A stretch of DNA of 63,219 nt, filler included, from Octopus bimaculoides (GCF_001194135.2; 7 parts of 7 records of this genome joined end to end with filler, not necessarily neighbours in it), one strand, 5' to 3'. Positions 13,761 to 27,599 are shown, counted from the first letter of the whole stretch. Made by a program: numbers and translations. Notes: a model not told the origin generated them from the sequence alone.

Positions 13761-13852
13761 TATATATATGCACTATACTAGTGCTTCATTCTTATGTGTT
13801 ATCTTTAAACATTTATACCAATATACGTGCTCTGGCACTAATGTTCTCTCAA
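13642..13852. repeat. About 87-bp local tandem duplication separated by (CA)n
   Basis: atatgcactatactagtgct...gcactaatgttctctcaa at 13642-13728 and 13766-13852. Confidence 0.9.
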
Positions 13853-16800
13853 ATTAGTCTTAAGTTTTATTTATGAAAGTTGAATTGTCTTTAGAAGGAA
13901 TATTGCCAGTATTTTTTGTAACGTTGGCGGTTGTGGTAGGAGCGAACATTTGATTGAATCAACTTAAGAATATTGATTTATATCGTTACCAAGAGCCACA
14001 CATTTTTTAAAGAAAGAATATGTTTTTTTGAATCGACCATACCATATTATGACACTCTAAAAAACAGAGTCAACTTCGGCGAGCCTTTACCAATTAGCTT
14101 AACAGAATTCAATTTCTTTAATGGGTAGGACGATCATATTTGTGTTTGTCACCGGGTTCACATATTCATTTGAAGGTTTGATCCACCGTTAGGGGATATT
14201 GCTGTTCTTTAAAAGATTGAGTCAATGAATTGATCCTCTCGAAACATATCAGGAAAGAATATGTCACAAGTGTTACAATCAGAAACAGTGGGATATATGA
14301 AGTTATGACCATCATTCTTCTGCCTAGGATATTCATAACATATAGAAAATCTAAGTAAATTTTTTCAATAGGCGCGTTCTGAACTTGGCTTCTGGATAGA
14401 GTAGTTATAGCATTCATTGAAAATATCAATGGTTTCGTTCTTATAAAGACGCAACTTTAAGATTTAGAGGGACAAATCTATGTATAGTATATTGAATTAT
14501 CCATTTCATTGACTATGTTGGGTTATAAGCAATATATTCTAATTTCAACATAAGAAATTGAAGGACGGCCTAGCTGTTCTAAAATCATCGACTCCCTTCT
14601 GAATATGTATGGATTTCTTTTCATATTTCATGAAATGTTTTTAAAGGCAGAAGAAACCTTTCGTCAATTGAATCGATCTTGATAAATCACTTACATTTAT
14701 GTTTTTGGATTTTGAATAATAAGAGAATATCCATAATACATGAAAAAAAAATGATAGTTTGAGCCGGTAACAGTAAATATATTGGAAAATTTGATAAATT
14801 CAATGTTTTGGAAAATGGTAAATCCCCATAAACTGCAGTGTAATTTAAACTGAAAATTTAAGAAAATCTAACCTAAAGGCATTTTATCTAATATTTTTCT
14901 GTCTTTCTCGTTATCATTATCTGTTCCAGATGTAATACATGTGTTTTTCTAATGATCGAATAGTGAATAGTTTTATCACTACGGTGTGTATTATCAAACC
15001 ATGAGGAAAAGATATGGTTCCAATGCAGTTAAAACAAAATGAAATACAATAAAACAAAAAAAAACACTTATCCGATATTTTCTATTTCACTCTATCAGCA
15101 CCTGTTCTTTGAAGCAATAAATGATAATTATTTTTTGCCATGCCACTCAAGATCCGACCAATTTCCGATAATCCATTCGACATGGATAATAGTAGCATCA
15201 GTATATTGAACAAATCAAGAATCAAAATGGAATTTCCGGTGCGAATTACAGGAATGGACCAATACGGAAAGACATTTTGTAAAGAACAAGTAAAGAGCAA
15301 TAACCCTCACTTGTCTTTATGATTCATATTGTGGCTTGGGAAAGTGTTACGGAACGAGTGGGTTATAGTAATATACGTAAATACGCTTAAGATACATGGA
15401 TGTTAGGAAAATGTTTGAACTTTTTAATCTGTAATCAATAAAGATGTGCATTTATTAACTTTCACTTTAGAGTCTCCATAAGATTTCTGTACATTTGCTA
15501 TTTGAGTTTTTCTACTGCACAAAGATTGATTATTCTTATTGCTACGGTGTATATTATCAAAGATCGCACGTGCTTATTCCCAGTTCCAGCATATCAAGAC
15601 ACTTCCAAGTCACGTCAGACATATTTCATGCTATATGATATTGTAAATTGATTTCTGTGTTTCCCTCTTTATCAATTTCATTAAATAGCAACATTCAAAA
15701 TAAAAACACTTTTTATCGAAAATTTTAATATTTAATTCTAAAATAACACGATCTTATCAATTTATTTATGTATTTATTCCTTTATTTACTTATTTCTTTA
15801 TTTGATTATGTTTTTAGTATATTTTTTTAAATTCATACTTAAAAACTAGTAAAGTTTGTTGGAGGCACAATGATATCAGAATTTATCATTCTTCCTTTTC
15901 CTTCTCTTATAAATGAAATGTCATGTCTTCAACATTTATTGCATTAATGCAATATTGCTGTTTTAACTGTTGTTATCGTTGTTCTTAGTGCTATGAACAC
16001 CCATTGTTATTACTGTTTGTAACAGTACCAGTATGTCATTACTTGTTCTCTACAGCAGTATACACCATGGACGTGTTTATTTGCGGCGACGTGACCAAAA
16101 CAAAACAAAGGCAAACGAATAAAAGATTATCAATAATATAAATGTAAACAATAACAAAAACAAACGAACAAACAAACTAGGATAATAATTGAAATTTAAA
16201 TTTTTTTAATTGCCTCTAGTGGACCATGCTCTCTTCAGAGACAGTTATTGCCAGGAAAATTTAACCTCTGTAACCTCATTTTCCCCCAAAACTTTACTGT
16301 TAATACAATTATCGTTTCTCTAAAATAATACACACACACACGCCGCACACACATATATACATATAATATATACGTGTGTGTTTGTGAGTGTGCGTGTTTG
16401 TGAGTGTGTGTGTATGTGCATGTGTGTGTTTGTGCATAGAAAGTTATGCATGGATACATATCTCACAAGATAGGACCTGCGTAAATATATTACACCTCAC
16501 CTCGAAAACTATGACTTTGTAATTCAGGACTAAATCAGTAAGAGACATAATGATGTCTCTAAATCTAATTGTGATAGAAAATGTTGATTCTGCTAACTTT
16601 AAAAAAATGTTCGCACGATACTGTCTTCCTACATAATAAGACATTGCTGATAATCCATCAACAATGGTATACATAGGAAGTATAGTCTTGGCGGTCATGC
16701 CAACGGTACAGCAGTATCTGTACCAGAATGTATCCACATATTTTAAAATGACTACTTGTGGAACATTTCAATAAAAAAGCTATATTTCAATAAAACACCA

Positions 16801-17854
16801 ATAAAATGGTAGAATTATAATAAACCATATATTGTTGTATGTATCAGGGAGCAAAAGTCACGGAATGTTATTGACTCCAGCAATATGAATGTGAATGTTG
16901 CTTCAAAGTCTTTTTGTGGAATAAAATCTGAGGAGGAATAATGGGAAACTTTTAGGCTATAGATTTTAATTTTATCCCTACCACAACAGGTGCACAAGGC
17001 TGTATAGCAACTGGTTTGTATAGAAGCCTAAACATGCTCGATCTCTTCAAGAAAGAATGAAGCAAGCAGATTCACAGCTTCAAATAAAATCGATTAGCGA
17101 TATCGTAAAAAAATTGATAAAAATTCCCTGAGGTTTGTAGGCCTAGCACTACACACGGTAGTCTGTACATATGGAAAACAGATACACATAAATAACAATG
17201 AATCTTACAACTGCACAGTAAAGTGACATCCAAACCCAATGCGTAAGTGAAAGTTTATCCTCATATACGTAGACACATATGTATACAAGCATACATATAT
17301 TCCTGTATACTACAATCCTCCAGCTGTAATTGAAAGAAGAATGATTGTCTCTGATGTTATAAATTAAAAAAAAAAAAATTCCCTGTCAACTCTCTGTGCT
17401 TCTCTATATTTTTCACCAAGTCTATTCAAAATATATACAATGCTGAGAAAAAAATGACTAGATTTAATCAAACTATTTGATGGTGATACATAGATAAAAT
17501 TTCGCCACAAGAAATGTTCATATTCAACAGTTGAATATAGAAATAAAAACCGTTCCCCAAATTCCAAACCGATGCATCAATGGTCTCTCTATCTCCCATG
17601 ATCCACAAAATTAGTGCTAGGTATTGATGAAACTGTAAACTATACCAAACAAAGGTCCAAAGAACAAAGGATATTATGTCAGACTAAACAGTATATAACA
17701 GTCTGCACTTCCTTATGAAAGCAAGACAATACCGCACCATGCATTTGTAGGACAAGTACTGATACCAAATTGCTGATAAGACATAATACATGGAATTAGA
17801 AGCTGCCTAAAATGTCATCCCACTGTGACAAGATGTGGCCGCTAAATTTATATA

Positions 17855-19045
17855 TTAGTTTGAGTAAAAAGTAAGCAACGTTTTGAACCATAGAGAATTC
17901 GTACCGGAGTTTTGCAGAGTTTTGCATTTTTTAAAATCATTTTTTGCAATTGTCTGATAATACAGACATAGACTTAAGTAAATGCATCAATAAATTAACA
18001 TCTGTTACGATCATCTGAAATGGAACTGTCAAAGCGTGATATTCGAGCAATTTTGTTATTCAACTTCAAAAAAGGACGTAAAGCAGCTGAAACTGCTCGC
18101 GGAAATGATCAGCGAGTGGTCAGCTCGAAAATGGTTTAAACAATTTCGCAGTGGAGACCTGAGCCCATCGTGAGCCCATCTGCCATCGATGACGGTCAGT
18201 TAAAGACTGTCATTGAGAAAGATCCACGAAATACTACTCAAGAACTGGCAAAAGAACTTCAAGTTAGCCAGAAAACTGCCTAAAACCATTTGCATGCAAT
18301 CGGAAAATCCAAAAAGCTCGACAAATTCGTACCACACGATTTTATTGAAAATCAGAAAATGCGCAGATATGAAATTTGCTCGTCGCTTCTTCTCCGTAAC
18401 CAGACCCATCCATTTCTCGACCATATGAAACGTAGATTCTGTACAATAATATAAAAAAACTTCTTCGCAGTGGTTGGACCAAAAGGAAGCACCGAAAACC
18501 TTCCCTAAACCCGAGCTCTTCAATAAGAATGTTATGGTAACTGTTTGGTGGTGTACTGATGGACTCATCCACTATAACTTCTTAAAACCCGGAAAAACCA
18601 TTACTGCAAAAACACACTGCCGTGAAATTGCCAAAGTGAACGAAAAACTGCTACTTCTCCGTCTTAGACTGGTCAACAAAGGAGGACCAATCATTATTCA
18701 TGACAATGCTCGACCACACGTTTCACTAATGATGCTCCAGAAATTGAGGAACTTGGTTATGATGTTCTTCTCCACCCAACGTATTCCCCAGATCTTTCTC
18801 CTACTGACTACCACTTTTTCAAGTACCTTGATGGTTTCCTGCGAATGAAGGAGTTAAAAAATCAAACCGTTGCTGAAAGTGCATTCAAGAAGTTCATCAG
18901 CTCGAGAACTTCAGATATTTATGTTACCAGAATAAACAAATTTGTAACTCGTTGGCAAAAATGTGTTGATTGTAATAGTAGTTACTTTGATGAATACAAT
19001 TTCCGCATTGTCGAAATATATTGTGATGAATTTCTGCTATCCGTA
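17855..19045 (+). mobile_element. mariner transposon, degenerate; 5' ITR present, 3' ITR not seen
   Basis: TA + TTAGTTTGAGTAAAAAGTAA ITR-like sequence. ATG 18020 MELSKRDIRAILLFNFKKG; FVPHD, HDNARPH, YSPDLSPTDYHFF (frameshifted), WQKCVDCNSSYFD at about 18990. Confidence 0.93.
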
Positions 19046-21117
19046 AAATAAATAACGATAGAATAAATATAAACTACACCTTTATTGTTGAATACACGCA
19101 TATCAACATATGGAAAATTGGTGGAACATTCCTATGAAAACTTTTACCAACTGAAAACTTTATAGAACTGATTTAGTTATTTGAGAGAGAAAAGAAAAAC
19201 AACATTCATAGCTATAGAGGCTAGATGCATTGGGGATGTAAACATCTCTTCCAAAATCAGCTAAAGGTGGAATATTAATGAACAACTTCGAAATTTGCAA
19301 ATCCTCTACCTTATATACAAATTCACATTTCTACCAATAATTATTATTTATGTTAGTAAATTTCAAGTGACAGTCTGGAGTAGCTAGGATATAAAATTTT
19401 CTGTCTTTATGCATTGGGAAATCATTTAGTAGTAATGTTAATACTAAGGTAGTTGTTTCTTTGTGTCGCTTCAAGACGCTTCCATTGTGCTTGTGGTTTA
19501 ATGACCGGATACAGGTTACATGTTGTGCTAGGTTGACTATAGAGATTTATGGTATGTAGAATACTTTTTACGATTTGTTTTTCAGATTTAGCATGGCTAA
19601 AAATGAATTCTGGATAGTGAAGAGTTGACGTCTAAATTCTCTGCATTTCTGTCTGCACTGGTTCTTATGGTACTTTATAGTTGATGTTCCTTGAATACCT
19701 TCTTGCTATCTGGGTTGTGAGAAAGAGCAAGATCAGTATTGCTGTAACATGAGATGAATAAGCTGCAGTGGTTGGACAATGTGCTACTAGAATTGTGAAC
19801 GGGTGCCTCGAGGTTGAATTGGGATACAAAACGAGAGGGCTATGCTATTAGCTAGTAGCATGTGTTTCCCATGTGCGTATCGTCCCGGAATGTGACGAAA
19901 AATAGTCACATACTACACATGACATCTTGTGTAGGGATGAAAGTCAGAGTTTGGGAATTCGTTTTGTTTGTGGTGTGGTGTGTGAAGCAGTTGGTTGTTT
20001 TGCGGGGGATTTTCAGTTGGATTAATTTGGGCAGTGGCTTTGAGAGCGTGGGTCGAAAATGGCGTCATGATTTCTGTGCTAGTTGAATGTTAGCTGGCAT
20101 AGTTTTATATTAAGATGGTAAATGAAAGGGCGGATTTTTCTCCTTGATAGTGGAGGTGGTAGTTACAGCACCGGCAGTGATAGATGATCATGAGTGTAGA
20201 GATCTGGTTGCCATTTGTGATGGTTGGGTACATGCAGTAGTAGAAAGATAGATAGTGATGAAGTAGTGGAGGTCATTGTTTTCTTCGGGATATCGTAGAC
20301 TCTTGTCCTTCTTCTGTTGTTGCTGCTGATGAAAGACTTTCGAAATTTGATTTAGTTTCTTATCAATTTGTCTTGCTGATTGATTATTGAAAATGGGGCG
20401 GTTTCTACAGCAATGTCATTGAAACAGGACACGCGTGTAGACTATCTCGGAAGGAGTACAATCAAGTATTAACTAGAATATCAATTACTCTCCCTGTTCT
20501 TTTATAGAAATAGAATTTGTCCACGTTGATAATGGAATTCAAAGTAATATTTGCGGATTGTATTCCACTGTTTATTGTTTCATTCTCAAAAATTTCGTTG
20601 CTAAATTGATTTTTTTGCATAAAAAGTACCTGAAAGCAATTCAGTTTTACATATTTTTTAAGTATTTCTTTCTGTGGGAATCAGAGAGAATATTTGTCTG
20701 TAGTTCAATAGTAAATATCTGGTAGTTGATATATTGTTTGGTTTCTTATTTGTGCAAAAATGAACTTGAATGGTTGTTCAATAGTTTTGAGAGTTGTGTA
20801 AGTATGTGTGCGTTTGAATATAGGAAATTTTGTAAATAAAATATTGCACACTTATCAAAAAACTCAAAATTTCCAGTTTCGAAATGGAAAATATATTAAG
20901 TATTCAGTCAACTGAATCCATCTGACTTGCTCTGCTGACCTGCAATGCTACAATTAAAAGAAAAAGAAAACGAACAAATTATACAGCAAGTTCATTATTA
21001 CGTATATTCAGTAAATATTTTGTGCGTTTAGAAATGGAAGGTGACAGCTTGGCTTAGGACCAGTGTGTGTATGTGTGTGTGCGTGCGCGCGCGCTTTTGC
21101 GCATAGACACACACAGA

Positions 21118-21490
21118 CGGTTACATTTTATTTCCTCCCATTTAGGATTGCAGGTGAAAGTGACAAAAAGATCTGGTTTTCCATATGTCCTGACATATGT
21201 TATAGCATCTTGTGTTCGTTCGTGCATATATTGAGGACCACCTGTCAATGATGATGGGAGGATTATAATTTGCCCCATGTTTTGAATATCACCATCTCTC
21301 CTCAGAGCAACTTGGAGATGAACATAATTTATATCCCTTAACGTTTTTTGATTGTTACGAATGTACAGGAGATGCTGACTCTTAACATTAGCATATATAT
21401 CAACCAGGTATTCCTGTAAGAGATCACATTACGTGTGTATTTGATTTGAATCTTCTAGTCTTAACATCAGCTGGTAAGAGAACGCAGTTG
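21118..21490 (-). pseudogene. Helitron RepHel fragment (helitron_like_N to Rep motif I)
   Basis: CDLLQEYLVDIYANVKSQHLLYIRNNQKTLR...GQIIILPSSLTGGPQYMHERTQDAITYVRTYGKPDLFVTFTCNPKWEEI matches the Helitron consensus ILPSSFxGSPRYM...GKPDLFITFTCNPxW. Confidence 0.93.
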
Positions 21491-22866
21491 TTCGTTCAAC
21501 GTCCAGGCTGCAACTAAACTAAACCCTTCAGAAAGCGGCACGTTTCACTGTTGGGTGGGAGTCACATACATATACTAAGACAGACACACAGAGACATGCA
21601 TTCACGCACACCTCAGACCTATCTCTGTTCCTCTATGTGTCTGATTCTGTCTTTAGATGTGTGTATGTATGTATGTGTGTGTGTGTCAGTCGTCACAAAA
21701 ATGTATGTATACTGACAGACACACACTCACACACACATACTTCTCAGTCATCGGCCTAACGTACGTAACGAACGCGCAAACATGAACACACAGAGAAAAT
21801 GTGACGTCGTGATGGTGATGGTATAAAACGTCGTTTACGATAGCTGACTTAGAGAAAGATTATAATAAATTTTTTTTGTAAAGCAAATATATAAATGAAA
21901 AAGTTTATTTGGTAACCGAATGATTACTGAATATATATTGATACCTCATACGTCAAAATCCACAACTCAGTTTTCGAATCTGTAAGAAACATACGCATAC
22001 ACACATACACATACACAAACGCGCACACACATAGAGACTCTCTTTTATATATTAAGATATATATATATGAATATGTGCGTGTTGCGCGCTTGTGTATGTG
22101 TGCGTATGTATGTATATGTGTGTGAGTGTATTTATGTCTACATGTATGCCCTCACATACACACACAAACATAACATACACATATTCTGTGTGAAATTTCC
22201 AGTGGCGTGAAAGTCGAATCACGAGACAATCTCGCATATTCAATTTCAATGAAAAATATATCTTTTACGACGTATATCGAACACACCTTTCTGAATCGTA
22301 CAAAATATTGTATATGTATCTATAAGGCGGTTCCTCGGTATGGCTGCAGTCTAATGACTGAAACAAGCAAACAAATAAAAGAATAAACGCACAATACGCA
22401 TATACGTGGTTTCTCTGTCTCTCTCTCTCTCTCAAAGACACACAGTCGTATATATTTGGACACAATACTGACCGGAAAGTAAAAATATCCCTAGTCGGCT
22501 TTGAAAATCAGAATACAGATACGAAATGAGATACAGCAAATGTAACAAGATAGATATAGTGATATATGAGTTCACCTCTACAGATTTTGAATTTGTCAGA
22601 TTAAGCGCATTTACTCATGTAGCATAGCAAACAGGTTTTTTAAAAAAATTCTTCTCTTTCGCATAAAGAAAATAAACGATTACAATTTATTTCAACCTAC
22701 TATATTAATAATTTTTCTTTAAGAGCCTGTTAGATAATGGCAGAGAATACATACATATGTATATATNNNNNNNNNNNNNNNNNNNNNNNNNNNNNNNNNN
22801 NNNNNNNNNNTTAATTAATTAANNNNNNNNNNNNNNNNNNNNNNNNNNNNNNNNNNNNNNNNNNNN

Positions 22867-22939
<73 letters not shown>

Positions 22940-22943
<4 letters not shown>

Positions 22944-23118
22944 TTATTTGCTCCCCGTCCCTCGCATCACCGCTTGACAACCAGTGTTGTTGTGTTTACG
23001 ACAGAATAAGTACTAGGCTTAAAAGATAAGCCCTGGCGTCGATTTGTTCGAATAAAACACTTCAAGGCGGTGCTCCAGCATGACCGCAGTCAAATGACTA
23101 AAACAAGTTAAAGAATAT
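22940..23118 (+). mobile_element. SINE-like interspersed repeat, internally deleted
   Basis: Tail ggcggtgctccagcatgaccgcagtcaaatgactaaaacaag; related tail fragment at about 22325-22385. Family recalled as Octopus-type. Confidence 0.65.
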
Positions 23119-23119
23119 G

Positions 23120-23255
23120 TAGCTGGCACTGTAGGTTACAACGACGTGTGTTCAAGATAAACCTGATCAACGGAACAGCCTGTCTATGAAATTAACGCGT
23201 AGTGATTGAGCACTCCACCGACACGCGTGCCCTTAACGTAGTTCTCAGGAAGAGT
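23120..23255 (-). mobile_element. SINE 3' fragment, same family as 42490-42782
   Basis: gctggcact...gaaattaacgcgtagtgattgagcactccac...cttaacgtagttctcagg aligns by eye to 42490-42620. Confidence 0.75.
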
Positions 23256-23284
23256 AACCATGAAATTAACCACACTCTCTATAC

Positions 23285-23487
23285 CAGTGGTTTTCTGCCG
23301 GGGTCCACATGGCCCTTTGGGGTCCATATGACCCTTTGGAGGTCCATACAAGCAAATTAGTAAAATAGGGTTCACGGTAGTGTTTTATGGATCCATGAAG
23401 AAGTTTTGCTTTGGATGTATTTATTGTCAGAAACAGCTGGGTTTCTTGCTCTGACATTTTCCATAAATATATACATACACGCGCGCG

Positions 23488-23527
<40 letters not shown>

Positions 23528-23879
23528 ATATAGTAAAGGCTCATGGCTTAGTGGTTAGAGTATTTGGCTCGTGATCGTAAAGTTTTAAGTTCGATTTCTA
23601 ACAGTGCACTGTGTCCGTCAGCAAGACACTTTATTTCACGTTTTTCCAGTCCACACAGTTGGCAAAAATGTGTTGTACTTGTAATTCAAAGGTCTACCTT
23701 GTCACATTCGGCACCACGATGCATATGTTCAGCCTATAACAAGTGAATGTGTGGTAAACAAAATAGGAATTTTGAAAGAAGTATTTATAAAATTAATTTT
23801 TAAACAGCGAATGGCTAGGGAGGGAGTCCATCATAAAATAGTAATAACAAACCGACCAAAAAATTGTTGAGAACCACTG
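23285..23879. mobile_element. hAT (Charlie/Buster-like) MITE with nested SINE and (CA)n
   Basis: TIRs CAGTGGTTTTCTGCC / TGTTGAGAACCACTG; 8-bp flanks CTCTATAC / ATCTAGAC (6/8 match). Confidence 0.75.
23538..23712 (+). mobile_element. tRNA-derived SINE 5' part nested in hAT MITE
   Basis: A-box TGGCTTAGTGG and B-box-like AAGTTCGATTTC; body matches the reverse complement of 42620-42782. Confidence 0.75.
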
Positions 23880-23887
23880 ATCTAGAC

Positions 23888-24060
23888 TAGTGTTCCGCAA
23901 CCGGTACACCACGACACACTGGTGTGCCGCGAGACGATGCTAGGTGTGCCGCAGTGTAACCTGAATATAATTTGCTCCCTACACTTTTAGTTATACTTTT
24001 AGTTCAGGTGTGCCGCCGAATTTTGAAAAGAATACAAGTGCAAAAGGTTGCGGAGCACTG
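23888..24060. mobile_element. hAT MITE (173 bp)
   Basis: TIRs TAGTGTTCCGCAACC / GGTTGCGGAGCACTG; 8-bp TSD ATCTAGAC (23880-23887) / ATGTAGAC (24061-24068). Confidence 0.85.
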
Positions 24061-24309
24061 ATGTAGACTCTATCGATTCTAAGGTAAGTTGTCGGTGTAT
24101 TTATTGTGAGAGATTGAGAACAACTTTGTCTTTACAGTTACGATCCAATATAGATCTAATATAAATTTAGGCCAAAACACAACCTTATTCTTAGATGTAA
24201 AGGTATCTATGCACAATGAAATTTAGTGTCTCTATAGATACATAATATTTGCAGTTAAATCTTTTCTGAGATAAGCTTTTAGATTTTCACTCAATTTCAA
24301 GTAAGGAAA

Positions 24310-24378
<69 letters not shown>

Positions 24379-24878
24379 NNNNNNNNNNNNNNNNNNNNNN
24401 NNNNNNNNNNNNNNNNNNNNNNNNNNNNNNNNNNNNNNNNNNNNNNNNNNNNNNNNNNNNNNNNNNNNNNNNNNNNNNNNNNNNNNNNNNNNNNNNNNNN
24501 NNNNNNNNNNNNNNNNNNNNNNNNNNNNNNNNNNNNNNNNNNNNNNNNNNNNNNNNNNNNNNNNNNNNNNNNNNNNNNNNNNNNNNNNNNNNNNNNNNNN
24601 NNNNNNNNNNNNNNNNNNNNNNNNNNNNNNNNNNNNNNNNNNNNNNNNNNNNNNNNNNNNNNNNNNNNNNNNNNNNNNNNNNNNNNNNNNNNNNNNNNNN
24701 NNNNNNNNNNNNNNNNNNNNNNNNNNNNNNNNNNNNNNNNNNNNNNNNNNNNNNNNNNNNNNNNNNNNNNNNNNNNNNNNNNNNNNNNNNNNNNNNNNNN
24801 NNNNNNNNNNNNNNNNNNNNNNNNNNNNNNNNNNNNNNNNNNNNNNNNNNNNNNNNNNNNNNNNNNNNNNNNNNNNNN

Positions 24879-25033
24879 CATACTTTAAGAAATTATTATT
24901 TCTTATATTTAATTGTTTATGTTATGATTTTATTTACTCCATGTACCCACATGGGGATTAACACATACTTTAAGAAATTATTATTTCTTATATTTAATTG
25001 TTTATGTTATGATTTTATTTACTCCATGTACCC
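24879..25033. repeat. 70-bp identical direct repeat, 85-bp period, next to a gap
   Basis: catactttaag...ccatgtaccca at 24879-24948 and 24964-25033; may be an assembly overlap. Confidence 0.85.
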
Positions 25034-25139
25034 AGACCTTGTGGACACCCTGTATGTGACTAAGATTACAACACCCACCACCACCACCACCACCACCACA
25101 ACCACCACCATCACTACTACTACTACTACTACGCTAGTG

Positions 25140-25405
25140 CATACTAATTTACTTAGCAGCGATGTTATCTTGAAATTTGATGATTACAAGTCTCCCAAAA
25201 TCTCAAGAATCTGTGTTGGAATTTTTGTAGAATATATGACGGTACTTTTCTGCCGGTCGACAATGCGAGTTTCAACTCCAATCTCTTTTAGTCTTTTAGG
25301 AAGCATTTTGGATGTTGTGCCCAGTGCACCAATTACTACAAGAAATAACTGTTGTCTTGGTCTTCCACAGTTTCTTCAATTCCTTGGCTAAATCCTGATA
25401 TTTCA
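25140..25405 (-). mobile_element. RLE-type LINE 3' fragment
   Basis: Frameshifted KYQDLAKELKKLWKT...VIGALGTTSKMLPKRLKEIGVETRIVDRQKST; ends in (TAG)n on the minus strand. Confidence 0.75.
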
Positions 25406-26245
25406 CATTTGTTTTTTTATCTTTTTATTTTTATTTTTTTTTTTTTGGCAATCTCTTTGCTGTCGAGTCAGCTACCACAGGGAATTGCAAAATCTATGAT
25501 CTTACAGTGTTTGTGTATTTTCATCCTCTAAGTCAATACATAAAACATCAAGAATCTTGTCAAACATTGTAGCAACCCACTCACTTGAATTAAACTGAAA
25601 ATTCAATTCAATTATCATTCTTCCATATGAGAAAGCATATTCATTCCTATGCATACATATGCGTATGATTTTATTCCTGTGATTATGTATTGCATACAGT
25701 AAAATAAAAATAGTTAGTGGGCTGTATATCTCATATTTTATTTGGCAACAACTAAATATGCTTTAAGTATAGCAATATCTTTTGTTTCACTCAATGCTAT
25801 GGTAATTCATAAAAAAACAAAACATGGCGTTATTTATTTCATAAGTAATTTTTTGGTTGTTATTTCTTGTTCTCTGCGTTTGTCTTTCTTTCATTTCTGA
25901 TATTTTTTTATTATCTCTTATCTATGTAATCTCTATGTTATCTATTTTCTTGTCTGTCTTCAGCTTTTGGGCGACATATAAAAAAAAACTCTGTGTCTAC
26001 ACTGAGTATGTACATATGTATCAATAATGATTNNNNNNNNNNNNNNNNNNNNNNNNNNNNNNNNNNNNNNNNNNNNNNNNNNNNNNNNNNNNNNNNNNNN
26101 NNNNNNNNNNNNNNNNNNNNNNNNNNNNNNNNNNNNNNNNNNNNNNNNNNNNNNNNNNNNNNNNNNNNNNNNNNNNNNNNNNNNNNNNNNNNNNNNNNNN
26201 NNNNNNNNNNNNNNNNNNNNNNNNNNNNNNNNNNNNNNNNNNNNN

Positions 26246-26292
<47 letters not shown>

Positions 26293-26479
26293 TGCATATA
26301 AATACATACATACGTACATAAATATGTATTATGCATCTATGGTGGTTGTGCTGGTGGGGTATAGTTGATTCGATTGATGCCAGTACTTACGTGTGGTTTC
26401 TTTGTTTTTATCATTCCCCGAAAAAAAAAATATGGAGGGTAAAAATTATTCGCGGCGAAATTTCAATGCAGTCTGCTTA

Positions 26480-27140
26480 ACAATTCTGACACTATTTCTG
26501 TTGAAATACACTGCCTTTGTTTCAAATAATTTTAGAAATAATGAAGAATTTGGTAAAATAACATCTTCAGTATTATGCTGGTGTTTGGAACATAAACCAC
26601 CATAAAATTTTGATAGATTTTAATTTACATTACTTTAACCCTTGTTTTACCATATTTGTATTGAATACATTGTTCTTGTTTCGATTAATTTAGGAAATAT
26701 TAAAGAATTCAGTTAAAGAATTTTGTCATTATTTGGCTGCTGCTCGGAACATAAATTAACATGAAAGAAGGCTTTCATTTAGATCGCTTTAACCCTTTTG
26801 TCACTATATTTCTGCTTTAATACACAGCATTAGTTTCAATTATTTTCGAAAATAAGGAAGAATTTTGTAAAATATCTTTGTCATTATTAGACTGGTGCGT
26901 GGAACATGGACTAGCATAAAATTTTGATTGATTTTAATTTACATCATTTTAACCCTTTTGTTACCATTGAAATGCATTGACCTTATTTCAATTAATTGTG
27001 AAAATACTGAAAAATTTTTTTAAATAACTTTCTCGTTATTAAGCTAGTCTTCGGAACATAAATTAACATGAAATTTTTTTTCTGAAAGGTTTTCATTTAA
27101 ATCATTTCAAAACAGAAAGCGTGTCATAAAAGATGGGTTG
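26480..27140. repeat. Tandem array of about 4 diverged 155-160-bp units
   Basis: Units start TTAACCCTT at 26635, 26789 and 26949 (a decayed unit near 26480); each has a gaagaattt(t/g)gtaaaata-like segment and ggaacat. Confidence 0.85.
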
Positions 27141-27250
27141 ACGTCAAAATGTTTGCTCTACTATTTCTGCTCATCTACCGATTTATGTTAATAATAATTT
27201 TTAATACAGGTGGCAGGCCACAAAAGTTTCATTTTTATTTATTTATTATT

Positions 27251-27599
<349 letters not shown>

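Noticed and set aside
14166-14700. Coding-like frames (NAITTL..., TCDIFFPD) resembling LRR, DHFR or Cys-loop motifs
   Set aside because: Only 4-6 residue coincidences among multiple stops; no consistent family.
16444-16737. ORF, or Gypsy-integrase-like FARYCLP..DN on the + strand
   Set aside because: A single weak motif with stops and no other integrase features.
19280-19350. LRR-like peptide EQLRNLQILYL
   Set aside because: No following Asn or splice sites, and none of the cassette flank homology.
22767-22866. TTAATTAATTAA in gaps (22811, 34195, 41968, 50200, 55776, 59046)
   Set aside because: Sits in the middle of the gap, with 44 N on each side (100 bp total) where counted, and has stops in all six frames. 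This is an assembly spacer, not biology.
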